Positions 62,861-64,000 of a DNA stretch of 64,000 nucleotides are shown one piece after another. The DNA is from Blastochloris sp. GTDB taxonomy: Bacteria > Verrucomicrobiota > Verrucomicrobiia > Methylacidiphilales > JAAUTS01. Location of the stretch: contig JAWXBW010000009.1 in NCBI GenBank assembly GCA_034440395.1, forward strand, positions 6,530 through 70,529, read 5' to 3'. The stretch's first letter is position 1. Each line of letters starts with the position of its first letter. The notes under the pieces were generated by a model. It saw nothing but the letters and a program-made list of their open reading frames with translations, was not told the origin of the DNA and made no database searches. The translations under genes and the position numbers were made by a program.

Positions 62861-62887
62861 ACTACCTTACCCTTGAAGCACCAAATA

Positions 62888-62959
62888 AGCCGGTTGTCGG
62901 GTTCGAACCGACGACCGACGGTTTACAAAACCGTTGCTCTACCACTGAGCTAAACCGGC
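62888..62959 (-). tRNA. tRNA-Thr(TGT)
   Basis: Reverse complement GCCGGTT...AACCGGCT; arm ACGGT-TTTGTAA-ACCGT. Confidence 0.97.
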
Positions 62960-63214
62960 ATAAAGTTGTTTATTCCACTAGCTTCTTCTTCTGGCATGTA
63001 ACCACAATTAGACAAAATGAAATAAAAACGAACTTCCTTCATACCCAAGCACCCCACAAAGGCAAGCATTCAAGTAAACTATTTTATCTTTCTTCTCACC
63101 TCCCTGAAGCAAATCGCAATCAGCAGCTCCTAACCAAAGGAAACTAATATCATCCCTAGGTCTCTCCTTTGTCCTTGCCCCTTTTCCTAGCTTTTCTAAT
63201 CTTTCTTATTCTTC

Positions 63215-64000
63215 ATGAATTTTTACTGCATTGGCATCGACCACCGCTCTATGTCTGTTGACATTAGAGAGCAACTTTCCTTCGCTGGAGAGGAAATGCC
63301 CATGATTCTCTCTTTTTTCTCTCTCCATAAATCCTTTGCCGAAATGGTCATCCTATCAACTTGTAATCGTGTAGAATTTTACTTCGCTTCCAGCCTAACA
63401 CCCGCTCGTGCTCATAAAGAGTTACAAGCTAGCGTCGAGGATTTTCTGAATATCCCAAGCACTGGGCTGGATCATGCTTATGTCTATCGTAACCTTGACG
63501 CTATCGACCATTTGTTTGAAGTTTGTACGGGCCTGCATTCCATGGTCATCGGAGAAACCGAAATTCTCGGTCAAACTAAATCCGCCTATCAAATAGCTAA
63601 AAATGCCAAGTGTTGCGGCCCCATTCTAAATCGCAGCTTTCAAAATGCCTTTTCTGCCGCTAAGGATGCACGCACCCGAACCAACATCGGCCGTGGTAAT
63701 GTCTCCGTCGCCTCCGTTGCCGTGAATACCGCCGAGCGCCTAGTAGGCAATCTTTGGGACAAAAAAGTTCTCGTTCTTGGGGCAGGCGACGTAGGTCAAG
63801 AGGTTACCAAAGCTCTTGCAGATCGAGGCGTACAACAAGTCCTATGCTCCAGCCGTAGCTCCGAGCGAAGCCTCAACTTAGCCGAACATTATGGTATGAA
63901 ATCCATTGCTTGGTCTGCTTGGAAAAATCAGCTGTGTGAGGTGGATATCATTGTCGCCTCCACATCCGCACCAGACCCCATTTTAACCAAGCAGGACTTA
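63215..64000 (+). CDS. hemA: glutamyl-tRNA reductase, runs off the window
   Basis: GIDH, ILSTCNRVEFY, SMVIGETEILGQ, SVASVAV, LGAG. Confidence 0.95.
   Translation, partial: MNFYCIGIDHRSMSVDIREQLSFAGEEMPMILSFFSLHKSFAEMVILSTCNRVEFYFASSLTPARAHKELQASVEDFLNIPSTGLDHAYVYRNLDAIDHLFEVCTGLHSMVIGETEILGQTKSAYQIAKNAKCCGPILNRSFQNAFSAAKDARTRTNIGRGNVSVASVAVNTAERLVGNLWDKKVLVLGAGDVGQEVTKALADRGVQQVLCSSRSSERSLNLAEHYGMKSIAWSAWKNQLCEVDIIVASTSAPDPILTKQDL

Overview
Bacterial chromosome segment, probably Verrucomicrobiota (inferred from gene content and arrangement; not confirmable without a search). Housekeeping blocks: hldE-gmhB-kdsB-pyrG-kdsA-lptCAB plus a sigma54 activator; tatD, holA, HIT, uvrB, smc, suhB, partial hemA; and a futalosine-pathway menaquinone cluster. 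Six tRNAs: Arg-ACG, Gly-TCC, Ser-CGA, Arg-TCT, Lys-TTT, Thr-TGT. Accessory content: (i) a CheR/CheB-less Pil-Chp/Tfp-like chemosensory operon ending in two stand-alone cyclic-nucleotide-binding proteins; (ii) a ~12.5 kb AT-rich glycan-modification island beside tRNA-Thr (split transketolase, GT2, TIGR03032-like, sulfotransferase-like, epimerase, three GT-C, two TM+wHTH-like proteins); (iii) two toxin-antitoxin-like pairs; (iv) a CP-ATP-grasp/alpha-E fusion and an hpnO-like aminotransferase. Manual reading also shows relics the ORF track misses or fragments: a FecR-like gene and a nucleotidyltransferase each broken by one TAG; an anti-sigma/sigma4 chimera; an ethanolamine permease with a large in-frame deletion facing a 5'-truncated eutB; a GxxExxY pseudogene inside a 23-bp inverted repeat; and a 34-bp duplication of the tRNA-Ser 3' end followed by a WYL-regulator-like HTH fragment. 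No CRISPR array, rRNA, integrase or intact transposase was seen. Family calls come from motif recognition, not database searches.
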